From a virus, in the IMG/VR virus record IMGVR_UViG_3300044856_000216, positions 127,916 through 191,915 of that record: DNA of 64,000 nt; one strand, written 5' to 3'. The notes beneath the pieces are model-generated. The model did no database searches. It was not told where the DNA came from and saw only the letters and a list, made by a program, of their open reading frames with translations. The translations under genes and the position numbers were made by a program. Of this stretch, positions 1-8,975 are shown in pieces (the first letter of the stretch is position 1; every line of letters begins with the position of its first letter).

Positions 1-29
1 GTAAAGACACTTGCATAATCTGAAAGGTC

Positions 30-632
30 GTGAATTGTTTGAAGAAGAAAAATAAATATGAAGACATTCAGATGGTTGATCTTGAGGATAAAGTTGATGA
101 CATTGTAAAAATTTATATTAACAGACTTTATCATACTGATAAGACTGTTGGTGTAATTGTAAATAAAGAGATTGCTGAATATATTTTGGATATTCTTATT
201 AGACTTGACGAGACAAGTATTAAAGAGATTGACCTTGTTGATTATATGAATATAGACGAATATTTAGTATCTGTTGATGATGATGGCGTAATCACCGTTG
301 TTCCTATTGAGGACTTTTGTGTTCTTGATAAAACAGATATTTTCTACATTGATATGGATGGTGATATTAAACAGGATGTCATTGATTATTGTGTAAATGA
401 GGATAAGGAAGTTATTCTGTTTGGACAGGAAGATGATTGTGACTGCGATGGTGATTGCGAAAACTGTCCTGCACATGATGAGACTTATTTACATACTTCT
501 GAAGATGGAAATGCTCACGGATTTACTGCTAGTAGGTCAGATGGCGACTCTTATATGAGTTATTCGTTTTATTCTAGTGATGAGTTAAGTCATGAAGATA
601 TTCAGAAGATGTTAAAGGCTTTTGGATTTTAG
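30..632 (+). CDS. hypothetical acidic protein
   Basis: 200-aa ORF with a GTG start. Very Asp/Glu-rich with a DCDCDGDCENC cluster. No family recognised. Confidence 0.4.
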   Translation: MNCLKKKNKYEDIQMVDLEDKVDDIVKIYINRLYHTDKTVGVIVNKEIAEYILDILIRLDETSIKEIDLVDYMNIDEYLVSVDDDGVITVVPIEDFCVLDKTDIFYIDMDGDIKQDVIDYCVNEDKEVILFGQEDDCDCDGDCENCPAHDETYLHTSEDGNAHGFTASRSDGDSYMSYSFYSSDELSHEDIQKMLKAFGF

Positions 633-675
633 ATTATTTAGAGTGTGTGGTGTATGCTACGCACTCTTTTTGTAT

Positions 676-759
676 GGGTGGATATGCCTAGAGGCGAGGG
701 CAAGAGACTGTAAATCTCCCACATAAGAAACACCGTAGGTTCGACTCCTACTCCACCCA
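676..759 (+). tRNA. tRNA-Tyr (GTA), class II-like with an unpaired long variable region
   Basis: Acceptor GGGTGGA/TCCACCC. 3-bp D stem GCC/GGC. Anticodon loop CTGTAAA. T arm GTAGG-TTCGACT-CCTAC. Discriminator A. The 15-nt variable region has no obvious stem. Confidence 0.65.
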
Positions 760-950
760 CTATTGTCAGAAAGAGAAATCTTTCTTCTATTAAGAACATC
801 CATATAAGGAGCGTATGGCGGTGAGTTGACATCGTTAACAACTTGGGTGAACCTCAAGAGTGGTCAAGAGTGATAAAAACTCTTATAAAAGTGTAAGGCT
901 TTTGTATAATGGGCAAGCATTTAAAATCAATTACATAGTAAATAAATTAG

Positions 951-987
951 AGAAGCGATTTAGTCCACTACTATCTCGCTTCTTTTT
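951..987 (+). terminator. rho-independent terminator
   Basis: AGAAGCGA / TCGCTTCT 8-bp stem followed by TTTT. Confidence 0.6.
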
Positions 988-1011
988 GTATACGAAAGGA
1001 AGTGAGATTTA

Positions 1012-2046
1012 ATGAGTAGAAAAATACAACACAATAATATTGTTACTGATGAGTTATTGACTCAGTGTAATAAAGAGAATATAGAGTTAGGAAATGATTT
1101 TTTGGATTATCTTCGTTCAGTTGATAGATCCCCAAATACAATCAATGCGTATAGACGTGACCTTTACATTTTTTGGGTTTATCTACTTCAGCATTGTGAC
1201 AACAAATTTTTTATTGATTTATCTAAAAGAGACATTGCTCGTTATCAGAGTTTTTGTCTTACTGAATATAAATGGTCGCCAGCTAGAATGCGTAGAGTAA
1301 AATCTACTCTCTCATCGCTTTCAAATTATGTAGAAGCTATATTGGACGATGAGTATGAAAATTTTAAACCAATTATACGCAAAATTGAAAATCCTGCAAA
1401 TGAAAAGGTATTCACTAAAACTGTATTATCTGATGAGCAAGTACAGGGAATGCTTGATTATTGGGTTGAAAAAGGTAAATATGACAAGGCTTGTATTTTA
1501 GCATTAGCTGCATTTAGTGGCAGACGTAAGAGTGAGTTACCACGATTTAAAGTATCTTATTTCGATGATGAAAATATCATATACGGTTCTTTATATAAAA
1601 CACCTGAAAAGATCCAAACAAAAGGAAGAGGATCTCGCGGAAAAATGTTAGTGGCATATACACTTGCAAAACCATTTAAGCCATATTTCGATTTGTGGAT
1701 GAATTATAGAAAAGAACACGGAATTGAATCAGAATGGTTATTTCCCAAAAAAGTAAATGGAGAATATATAGATGAACCTATGGATTCAAGTACTCTTGAC
1801 AGTTGGGCTGATACATTTAGTAAGCATTTAGGAGAAGACTTCTATTTCCACAGTCTTCGTCACTTCTTTACAACTTCTTGTTCTCGAAGCGGTCTTCCTG
1901 ATGATGTAATTCAAATGTTAGTCGGTTGGAGTTCGCTAGATATGGTATCAGTGTACAAGGATATTGATGCAGATGAGCAATTTGCAAAATATTTTGCTGA
2001 TGGAGAAATAAAACAAGTAGAACAAAAATCACTTTCTGATTTGTAG
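1012..2046 (+). CDS. int: tyrosine recombinase / phage integrase (full length)
   Basis: Motifs seen: N-terminal core-binding segment NTINAYRRDLYIFWVYL; catalytic Arg in AAFSGRRKSEL; HSLRHFF (H-x-x-R); LVGWSSLDMVSVY (nucleophile Tyr). SD AAGGAAGTGAG lies upstream. Confidence 0.85.
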   Translation: MSRKIQHNNIVTDELLTQCNKENIELGNDFLDYLRSVDRSPNTINAYRRDLYIFWVYLLQHCDNKFFIDLSKRDIARYQSFCLTEYKWSPARMRRVKSTLSSLSNYVEAILDDEYENFKPIIRKIENPANEKVFTKTVLSDEQVQGMLDYWVEKGKYDKACILALAAFSGRRKSELPRFKVSYFDDENIIYGSLYKTPEKIQTKGRGSRGKMLVAYTLAKPFKPYFDLWMNYRKEHGIESEWLFPKKVNGEYIDEPMDSSTLDSWADTFSKHLGEDFYFHSLRHFFTTSCSRSGLPDDVIQMLVGWSSLDMVSVYKDIDADEQFAKYFADGEIKQVEQKSLSDL

Positions 2047-2361
2047 AAGATGCTGATAAAGCTTTTTGTTTAACACTTCGAATAAATACTATACTGTTAT
2101 CAGTATTTATAGGTATGCTTAATCCTAAGTTATGTAGCGAAAAAAGTGAAAGAAAGCACTTACAAATGAACAAAAATCGTTAGAGGTTTTTACTAGGGCG
2201 GTGCGTGCATTAAACTAGATTTGAGCTTTTGTAAAAAATATCAGATATTTTTTAAAGAAACAACAAGGAAGCATGAATGGATTGTCTAACTTTCTATTCT
2301 AAATAACTGGATGTGTACAGTCCAATATCAGCTAGTTAGTGCTTTATGCTGATTTTCTAAT

Positions 2362-2436
2362 GGATCGTTCGCCTAGTTGGTTATGGCACTACCCTGTCAC
2401 GGTAGAATAACATGGGTTCAAGTCCCATACGATTCG
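2362..2436 (+). tRNA. tRNA-Asp (GTC)
   Basis: Acceptor GGATCGT/ACGATTC. Anticodon arm CTACC-CTGTCAC-GGTAG. T arm ATGGG-TTCAAGT-CCCAT. Confidence 0.85.
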
Positions 2437-2440
2437 TTTT

Positions 2441-2511
2441 GGGGCATTAGTCAAAAGGTAAGACAACGGGTTTTCATCCCGTGAGTATCGGTTCGAGTCC
2501 GTTATGCCCTA
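2441..2511 (+). tRNA. tRNA-Glu (TTC)
   Basis: Acceptor GGGGCAT/ATGCCCT. Anticodon arm ACGGG-TTTTCAT-CCCGT. T loop TTCGAGT with one T-stem mismatch. Confidence 0.75.
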
Positions 2512-2575
2512 TTATAATTACCATTTAGGAATTTAACCTATATAAATAATTATTATATGTAGAGGAGCACATATT

Positions 2576-3337
2576 ATGGCATTAATTGATAAATATACAA
2601 ATGATGAATTCATAGATTTTGTAAAAAATTCTTTTTCTTATCGAGAATTAGCAAGAAAAATTGGATATAAATCTTATTCTGGTGATTTATCTCAAATATT
2701 AAAAAATAAAATTTTTGAATTGAATCTTTCTACAAATCATTTTGAAAGAGATAAAACAAAAGATATTACTAGAACTTTTGATAATATTTTTTGTAGTAAT
2801 TCAACGGCAGATCAGAAAACATTAAGAAAGTGGTATTTTGATGGACATTATACCCCTTATAGTTGTAAAATATGTGGTCAATTACCAGTTTGGAATGGAA
2901 AGGAATTAGTATTAACTCTTGATCATATAAACGGAAATAATCATGATGACAGATTGGAAAATTTAAGATGGGTATGTCCAAATTGTGATAGACAGTTAGA
3001 TACTTTTGGTGGGAAAAATATAAGTAAAAAAAATAATAAGAAATATTGTTTAGATTGTGGAATTGAAATTGGCAAAAAATCTACTTATTGTAAAAAATGT
3101 TCTCCTAAACATCGTAAAAATTTATACGAAGTAAAATTAAAAAAATCTGTGTTATATGAATCAGGTATCACTAGAGATAGATTAAAAGATTTGGTGCGCC
3201 AAAAATCTTTTGTAGATATTGGAAAAATATACGATGTATCAAATACTACAATAAAAGAATGGTGTAAAAAATTTAATTTACCATTTAGAAAAAAAGAAAT
3301 TGAATTATATACAGATAACGAATGGGAAAATATATAA
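2576..3337 (+). CDS. HNH homing endonuclease
   Basis: LDHINGNNHDDRLENLRWVCPNCDRQ is a beta-beta-alpha-Me HNH motif with CxxC pairs. The C-terminal tail (IGKIYDVSNTTIKEWCKKF) looks like a helix-turn-helix. The gene sits between tRNA genes. Confidence 0.85.
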   Translation: MALIDKYTNDEFIDFVKNSFSYRELARKIGYKSYSGDLSQILKNKIFELNLSTNHFERDKTKDITRTFDNIFCSNSTADQKTLRKWYFDGHYTPYSCKICGQLPVWNGKELVLTLDHINGNNHDDRLENLRWVCPNCDRQLDTFGGKNISKKNNKKYCLDCGIEIGKKSTYCKKCSPKHRKNLYEVKLKKSVLYESGITRDRLKDLVRQKSFVDIGKIYDVSNTTIKEWCKKFNLPFRKKEIELYTDNEWENI

Positions 3338-3560
3338 TTCAAGAACGAAATGCTGCGTTCAAGTCACGCCAGAGTCATTGTGCGGTAAACCTGATGTGAA
3401 AACCTATTTTTTGGATGCATACGAAATTTAGGTGTGTAAGCTCAACACTTGCTACCGCCCTATCAAATTATCCGTGGGCAACAACTACGCAGATTATTTT
3501 GATAAAGTCGTAATGAAAATAGTTTCATTTAGTTTAGAGAAAGATAATTTTTTAAGAAAA

Positions 3561-3589
3561 GAGTCATTTCCTTTGGAGATGGCTCTTTT
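3561..3589 (+). terminator. hairpin terminator upstream of tRNA-Trp
   Basis: GAGTCAT / ATGGCTC stem with one G-U pair, followed by TTTT. Confidence 0.5.
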
Positions 3590-3596
3590 GTTATAT

Positions 3597-3670
3597 ACGT
3601 CTTTAGTTTAATTGGTTAGAATATCAGACTCCAAATCTGAGAGATGTGGGTTCGACTCCTACAGGGCGTG
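3597..3670 (+). tRNA. tRNA-Trp (CCA)
   Basis: Acceptor ACGTCTT/AGGGCGT with two G-U pairs. Anticodon arm TCAGA-CTCCAAA-TCTGA. T arm GTGGG-TTCGACT-CCTAC. Confidence 0.8.
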
Positions 3671-3908
3671 TTTGTGTCAACTAAGATATATGCATATTCT
3701 TAGACTATACTGGTGTATAGGTGGCACTAAAACTGTGACGACAGTTGACTTGTTTATATGGTTCAAATCCATTCGCCTTATATATGAAAGAAATGAATGT
3801 GTAAATTTTAAGTATGATATAAGGTCAGGCGTTGGTATAAGCGAGGTTCAATTCCTCTACTCAAGTCTTGAATGTGTGAATTGCACTTTCATTGGAAAGG
3901 AGAATTGT

Positions 3909-4085
3909 ATGGTAGGTATTAAAATTTTTGATGAGAACAAAATTGATACTTCGTCTACTGAAATAAGAGAAAAAGTGGCTAAAGCAATTTCAGATTATGT
4001 TTTTGATAATTGGTATGATGTTGTTTGTATTGAAAATTCGGATGATACTGAATGTCATGAAGTATTATTTAAAGTAACACTGTAA
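3909..4085 (+). CDS. small hypothetical protein (58 aa)
   Basis: ATG at 3909 is preceded by GGAAAGGAGAATTGT. The longer tracked ORF from 3612 runs through tRNA-Trp and is rejected. Confidence 0.55.
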   Translation: MVGIKIFDENKIDTSSTEIREKVAKAISDYVFDNWYDVVCIENSDDTECHEVLFKVTL

Positions 4086-4307
4086 TTAGCCATTTGATTT
4101 AAAAATATTTCTTCTTCCACATTTATTGCATATCACACTTAAAGTATAAGTGTTATCTTCGTTTCTGCTTATTTTATTTGCAGAGCATACTTCTGTATTT
4201 ATTTTTTCTACAACAAATCTATTGGAAAGTGCATGTTGTGGAACTATATATTCCCACTCTAATTCTGTATTGCAATTTTCGCAATTTATTTTTCCTGATA
4301 GTTTCAT
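4086..4307 (-). CDS. zinc-ribbon protein (73 aa)
   Basis: CENC...CNKC pairs. SD AGGAGAA lies 7 nt upstream of the ATG on the minus strand. Confidence 0.6.
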   Translation of the reverse strand: MKLSGKINCENCNTELEWEYIVPQHALSNRFVVEKINTEVCSANKISRNEDNTYTLSVICNKCGRRNIFKSNG

Positions 4308-4386
4308 TTTTATATTCTCCTGTTACTTGGGTTGGATTAATTATAATTCATGATTTTGAAAAATGCAACAGAGAATAAATATATAG

Positions 4387-4506
4387 CCAACTATGAGAGG
4401 ATTGTTACTGTTTCGGTTGCAGGTAGTTGGATTATAGAGTGAGAAGCTGAAGAAGTCATGAGCTTCAGTATAGTAGATACTCGCACTACTCTCTCACTCT
4501 ATTTTA
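4387..4506 (+). other. structured intergenic element (nested hairpins / three-way junction)
   Basis: First hairpin: CCAACTA/TAGTTGG (4387-4430). Second: a 10-bp closing stem TAGAGTGAGA/TCTCACTCTA (4435-4501) enclosing the GAAGCT...AGCTTC and AGTAG...CTACT arms. TTTT follows. Confidence 0.45.
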
Positions 4507-4540
4507 ATTGGTTTTGCGAGTGGAAAGCGAGACATGAATT

Positions 4541-5797
4541 ATGGGATATACACATGGAACTTCTTTAGATTCTAAAACAAGAATATGTACTAAATGCAAT
4601 AAAGAATATCCAAATACAAATGAATATTTTTCTTACACAAATAAGAAAATTGGTAGATTAAATGCGGTATGTAAAAGCTGTCAATCAATAATTAATAAAA
4701 AACAGAAGTTAAGATTAATAGAACAAAATAAAAATAGAAATCTATTTTATGAAGGCACTCGTCATTGTAAAAAATGTGGGCGTGACTTACCAAATAATAA
4801 GTTATATTTTTCAATTGATTTAGCCTGTGTAGATGGATTAAGAAGTGTATGTAGAGAATGTAGTAAAAAAGAATCTGGATTTTTAGATCCTGATTATATT
4901 GTTCATGAAAAATGGACTAAATCAGAAGATAAATTAATGTATGAAAATTATAAAGATTTTACTGGTGAAGAATTACAAACTATATTCTTTCCGAATAGAA
5001 CGGTTAGATCTATCGAATGTCATGCAGGTGTACTTGGTCTTGTAGGGAAAAATTACGAAACACAACATAGAGCTAATATCGCTAGAAGTTTAAAGTGCAG
5101 TGAAAAACTAAAAGGAAGAATTATTTCACAAGAGGCACGAGATAAAATTTCTGCTACTAAGAAAGAATATTATAAAACTCACGATAGTTGGTGGAAAGGT
5201 AGAAAACGAAGTCCTGAACAATGTAAAGCTATTAGTGAGCGTATGAAAGGTAAATGGGCTGGTGACAAGAATCCACGACATATTAATCCTTTAAATGGAG
5301 AACTTAATGGTCGTTGGAAAGGCGGTATCTTACCGACATACACGGAACTTCGTTCTGATACAAAAGATTGGTTTAATGAATCAATGGAATTTTGTAATTA
5401 TAAATGTGTAATTACTGGTGGAGAATTCGATAATGTACATCATACTACTGCTTTTAGAGATATTGTTGATGAAGTTTTTAAGTTGACTGGCATAGAAGTC
5501 AAACAACAAGTATGTGATTATAGTGAAGATGAATTTCAACATTTAAGAGACGAATTAAAGGATTTACATATAATTTATGGGTTTGGAGCTTGTATAAATA
5601 AAGATGTACATAAGCTATTTCATGATAATTATGGATACACCAAATTCTCTCCGTATGATTTCTTGGATTTTGTATATAGAATTGATATTGGGGAATTTGA
5701 CGGATGGTTTAAGAAAAACAATTTACAAATAAATATTAACTACGATTATGTAGAATATTTGGAAAGCACTCTTACTGTTATTGCAGAGAGTGCTTAA
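4541..5797 (+). CDS. HNH-type endonuclease with zinc ribbons and NUMOD3-like repeats, adjacent to the packaging genes
   Basis: Two N-terminal CxxC...CxxC modules. Repeats GRIISQEARDKIS, GRKRSPEQCKAIS and GDKNPRH. C-terminal NVHHTTAF...NKDVHKLFHDNYG. Immediately upstream of the terminase genes. Confidence 0.65.
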   Translation: MGYTHGTSLDSKTRICTKCNKEYPNTNEYFSYTNKKIGRLNAVCKSCQSIINKKQKLRLIEQNKNRNLFYEGTRHCKKCGRDLPNNKLYFSIDLACVDGLRSVCRECSKKESGFLDPDYIVHEKWTKSEDKLMYENYKDFTGEELQTIFFPNRTVRSIECHAGVLGLVGKNYETQHRANIARSLKCSEKLKGRIISQEARDKISATKKEYYKTHDSWWKGRKRSPEQCKAISERMKGKWAGDKNPRHINPLNGELNGRWKGGILPTYTELRSDTKDWFNESMEFCNYKCVITGGEFDNVHHTTAFRDIVDEVFKLTGIEVKQQVCDYSEDEFQHLRDELKDLHIIYGFGACINKDVHKLFHDNYGYTKFSPYDFLDFVYRIDIGEFDGWFKKNNLQININYDYVEYLESTLTVIAESA

Positions 5798-7049
5798 TTT
5801 ATTGAAAAAAAAGGAGGTGGTCGTTAGTTTGGCTACAAGAAAAAACACTACGCAACCAGTTAAATTAACGGCTGCTGAAGCTAGAGAAAAAGTTGAAGAA
5901 TTACAGTACAAGCTTGATAAATATGCAGGTACTGCTCATTGTCCTATGTGTGATAAGCATAAGGATATAGAAACAAAATTTTATTATGATACAGATCCTT
6001 TACTTGGTGGAAAAAGTTTTTCGAGAATCTGTCGTGATTGTGCTCGTAAAATTGCATTACGAGTTGACGAGCGAGGTGAAGAACATGAGCCAACAAAAGA
6101 GAGTGTGCAGAAAGCATTATATTATCTTAACAAGCCTTTTCTTGAAACTGTATGGAATGCAAGTATTCAAGAATCTGAAAATATGGTTACAGGAAAAAGT
6201 AAGGAAAACGTCTGGACTTCATATATTAAAAACATTAGTATGAAAAATTATGTTGGTATGGGATACATGGATTCTGACATGTTCAAAGAGAAAATAGTTT
6301 ACAAAGATGAAGAGGTTACACAAGAGAATAAAGAAGACGAATTATCTGAAGATGTCGTTGAAATGTATAAAAAGAATAAACGAACAGTTCTTAGATTTTT
6401 AGGCTATGATCCTTTTGAAAATGAACCAATTTCAGAACAGCCTATTCTCTATTCTAAGCTTGTTGGATATTTTGATGAGTCTGTAAAAGATGACGGATTG
6501 AAGCTTGAAGCTGTAATTGAAATTGTGCAAAGTTTTAAGGATGTAAAAACAATCAATGATACTATTTCGCAATACAAGAAACAACTTGGTAGTAATCCAG
6601 GTGTTATATCAACTATTAAATCTTTAGCTGAGACAAAACAAAAGATGATATCCTCTGCTCTTGCACTAGCAAAGGATAACGGAATATCTGAAAATAATAA
6701 CAATAGAAAAAGCAAAGGTGCTGGTACTCTTACTGGTATCATAAAAGAATTACAAGAAATGGATTTAGATGGTTCTGAGGTAAATACATTCGATTATGAA
6801 ACTAATATGGCAATCGAAGATATTATGACAAGAAATCATCAGAACCAATTAAAACAATTAAATCCTGATGAAAACGATTGGGAAAAAGAAGTTATTCATC
6901 AAAAAGGATTGTTATTTAATCTTCAAAAAGAAAGAGATAATGCAGTTGAATTTAGTAGGTTATTGAAAAAGGAAAATAAAGACCTTAAAGATTTCTTATT
7001 TGAAAAAGGTCTTATAGATGAGAAAGGGCAAGTAATCGAAGATGGCTGA
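5781..7049 (+). CDS. terminase small subunit candidate (zinc-ribbon N-terminus)
   Basis: Lies directly upstream of, and overlaps, the large terminase gene. Contains HCPMCDK...RICRDCARK. The likely true start is TTG at 5829, 11 nt after AAGGAGG (5811-5817). Confidence 0.5.
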   Translation: MQRVLNLLKKKEVVVSLATRKNTTQPVKLTAAEAREKVEELQYKLDKYAGTAHCPMCDKHKDIETKFYYDTDPLLGGKSFSRICRDCARKIALRVDERGEEHEPTKESVQKALYYLNKPFLETVWNASIQESENMVTGKSKENVWTSYIKNISMKNYVGMGYMDSDMFKEKIVYKDEEVTQENKEDELSEDVVEMYKKNKRTVLRFLGYDPFENEPISEQPILYSKLVGYFDESVKDDGLKLEAVIEIVQSFKDVKTINDTISQYKKQLGSNPGVISTIKSLAETKQKMISSALALAKDNGISENNNNRKSKGAGTLTGIIKELQEMDLDGSEVNTFDYETNMAIEDIMTRNHQNQLKQLNPDENDWEKEVIHQKGLLFNLQKERDNAVEFSRLLKKENKDLKDFLFEKGLIDEKGQVIEDG

Positions 7050-8964
7050 TGATAAAATTGTCCTGATGGGTGATTCTATAAATGAATTTACTCCAAAGAA
7101 TTTTACTTTTTTCAAAAAACCTACTTATTATGATATGTCTGAATTAAAGTTAGAGGGTTTAAAAAAATTCTCTGAAATAATTCAGTGGGGGCGCAGAAAC
7201 CCAGTAAAATTCTGCGAAAGATTTTTCGGTATCGAATTTCTTGACTATCAGAAATATGTATTTATGATGTCATGGATTACACCAAATGTTGTTTGGTGTA
7301 TGAGTCGTAATGCTGGTAAGACAACTCTAGGTAGCCCATTTTTGATGGCTAAAACAATGTTACTGCCCAAATTTGAAGGATACATTTTATCAAGCACAGG
7401 TTCTCAGAGTATAGGTATGATGAAGAAGATTGAATCTATTGCAAAAAAAGAAATCGCTTCATTTACTGGTTTAACAGATGTATTTCTGAACGAACTTGTA
7501 AAAAGTTCAAACAGCGAGGGCTTTCGACATGATCCAGCATCTTACTCCTTTAAACTTTATTCAGGATCGAGCTTGGCTACGGTCAACTCAAATTTTGATG
7601 GATCTCGTGGTCGAAGAAGCCGACTTAATTTTTATGACGAGGCATCGTATGTATCTGAAGATATGTTCGCTGCTACTCTTCCATTCGTCACTCAGAACAG
7701 TGACTTCGCTCTTGGTGGTGATGTTGATGTAACATTACTTCCACCAAATTTCCCGAATCAAGTTGTGTGTGCAAGCTCAGCAGGTTCTATGGATGATGTT
7801 TTTTATAAAAGATATAAAGAAGCTGCAATGCATTCTATGGCAGGTGATAAGAATTATTTTTGTGCAGATATAGATTGCGAGGTAATTCTTCATGCTACAT
7901 ATAATGGAAAGATATATCCTGTTCCATTGCTTACACAAGCAAAAATTGATTCAGAAATGAAAATGAATCCAACTAAGGCTACTCGTGAATATATGAATAA
8001 ATTTGATTCAGATCTTGGTGATGATATTGCAGTTAAGAAATCACAAGTTCTTAGAAATAGTGTTGTTAGACCACCAATGCTTGTTAATGACGACAATTCT
8101 CTTATGGTTATCTGCTTTGATCCAGCAAAAAAAAGAGATAACAGCTTTGTATTAGTTGGTAAATTACATAGAGATGACAAACGTGGTTGGTTATTGGATG
8201 TTGTTAATGGCATCAATTTAATTGATAAAGAAACAAAAAAACCTCTTACAACTCCTGAGCAAGTGGCTATGTTGCAAGATATCGTTGTTAGATATAACGG
8301 GTATGGTGTACCTGATTATAAGAATATTCATGGTATATATATTGATGCTGGTTCTGGTGGTGGAGCTACGCAAATATGTGATTTACTTTTTGATAATTTT
8401 TATGAGAAAAATCATAAAGGCGAAAAAGATTATGAGCATCACGGATTAATTGATGCAAGCTATGATTATGCAATTCCATATGTAAAAAGGTATCCAGATG
8501 CTATTGATATTATCCGTATGCGTGAACCAGCTAAATATAAAGCAATTATGTATTCACAATTATGTGAAATGATCGATCAAGATTTGATTAGTTTTACGGC
8601 AGAATATGATTATCATGGCAGTTTAACAATGTTAGAAGAAAATAACGGTGAAGTTATCGAAAAAAATTATAAATTATCTTTTGAAGAAGAACTTGGATTA
8701 AAGCAACTTGACGCAATGAAAGAAGAAGTGACTCATATGTACAAGTACAAATCTTCTAATGGAAATATTAGATATGATCTTGCTCCTGGTTTTGAGAACA
8801 TTCTTCATGATGATAGATCGTATTGTCTCGCTTTAATGGGACACGCCTTATTTACATTAAGAAGTCAAGATATTGTACGTCAGAAAAAGCGCACTCAATC
8901 CCCATCCGACATAATAAAATATTTTCATGTCAGAGCACCAAAGAAATCTACTAGATACTCATAG
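7042..8964 (+). CDS. terL: terminase large subunit
   Basis: Walker A MSRNAGKTTLGS. Walker B-like RLNFYDEAS. 640 aa. The start overlaps the upstream stop. Confidence 0.85.
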   Translation: MADDKIVLMGDSINEFTPKNFTFFKKPTYYDMSELKLEGLKKFSEIIQWGRRNPVKFCERFFGIEFLDYQKYVFMMSWITPNVVWCMSRNAGKTTLGSPFLMAKTMLLPKFEGYILSSTGSQSIGMMKKIESIAKKEIASFTGLTDVFLNELVKSSNSEGFRHDPASYSFKLYSGSSLATVNSNFDGSRGRRSRLNFYDEASYVSEDMFAATLPFVTQNSDFALGGDVDVTLLPPNFPNQVVCASSAGSMDDVFYKRYKEAAMHSMAGDKNYFCADIDCEVILHATYNGKIYPVPLLTQAKIDSEMKMNPTKATREYMNKFDSDLGDDIAVKKSQVLRNSVVRPPMLVNDDNSLMVICFDPAKKRDNSFVLVGKLHRDDKRGWLLDVVNGINLIDKETKKPLTTPEQVAMLQDIVVRYNGYGVPDYKNIHGIYIDAGSGGGATQICDLLFDNFYEKNHKGEKDYEHHGLIDASYDYAIPYVKRYPDAIDIIRMREPAKYKAIMYSQLCEMIDQDLISFTAEYDYHGSLTMLEENNGEVIEKNYKLSFEEELGLKQLDAMKEEVTHMYKYKSSNGNIRYDLAPGFENILHDDRSYCLALMGHALFTLRSQDIVRQKKRTQSPSDIIKYFHVRAPKKSTRYS

Positions 8965-8975
8965 AAAGGAGAAAC

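Noticed and set aside
638-857. Two minus-strand ORFs (638-841 and 657-857).
   Set aside because: Both lie antisense across tRNA-Tyr. They have no SD and a low-complexity translation.
3757-3866. Two candidate extra tRNA genes, suggested by the GGTTCAAATCC and GGTTCAATTCC T-loops.
   Set aside because: I found no 7-bp acceptor stem at a canonical distance. I also found no 5-7-5 anticodon arm. The best foldings are only 57-66 nt long. I report them as remnants in a finding, not as genes.
3612-3908. The 5' two-thirds of the tracked 157-aa ORF 3612-4085.
   Set aside because: It starts inside tRNA-Trp and runs through the tRNA-like remnant region. It has no SD. A well-placed AAGGAG plus ATG at 3909 explains the 3' part as a 58-aa gene.
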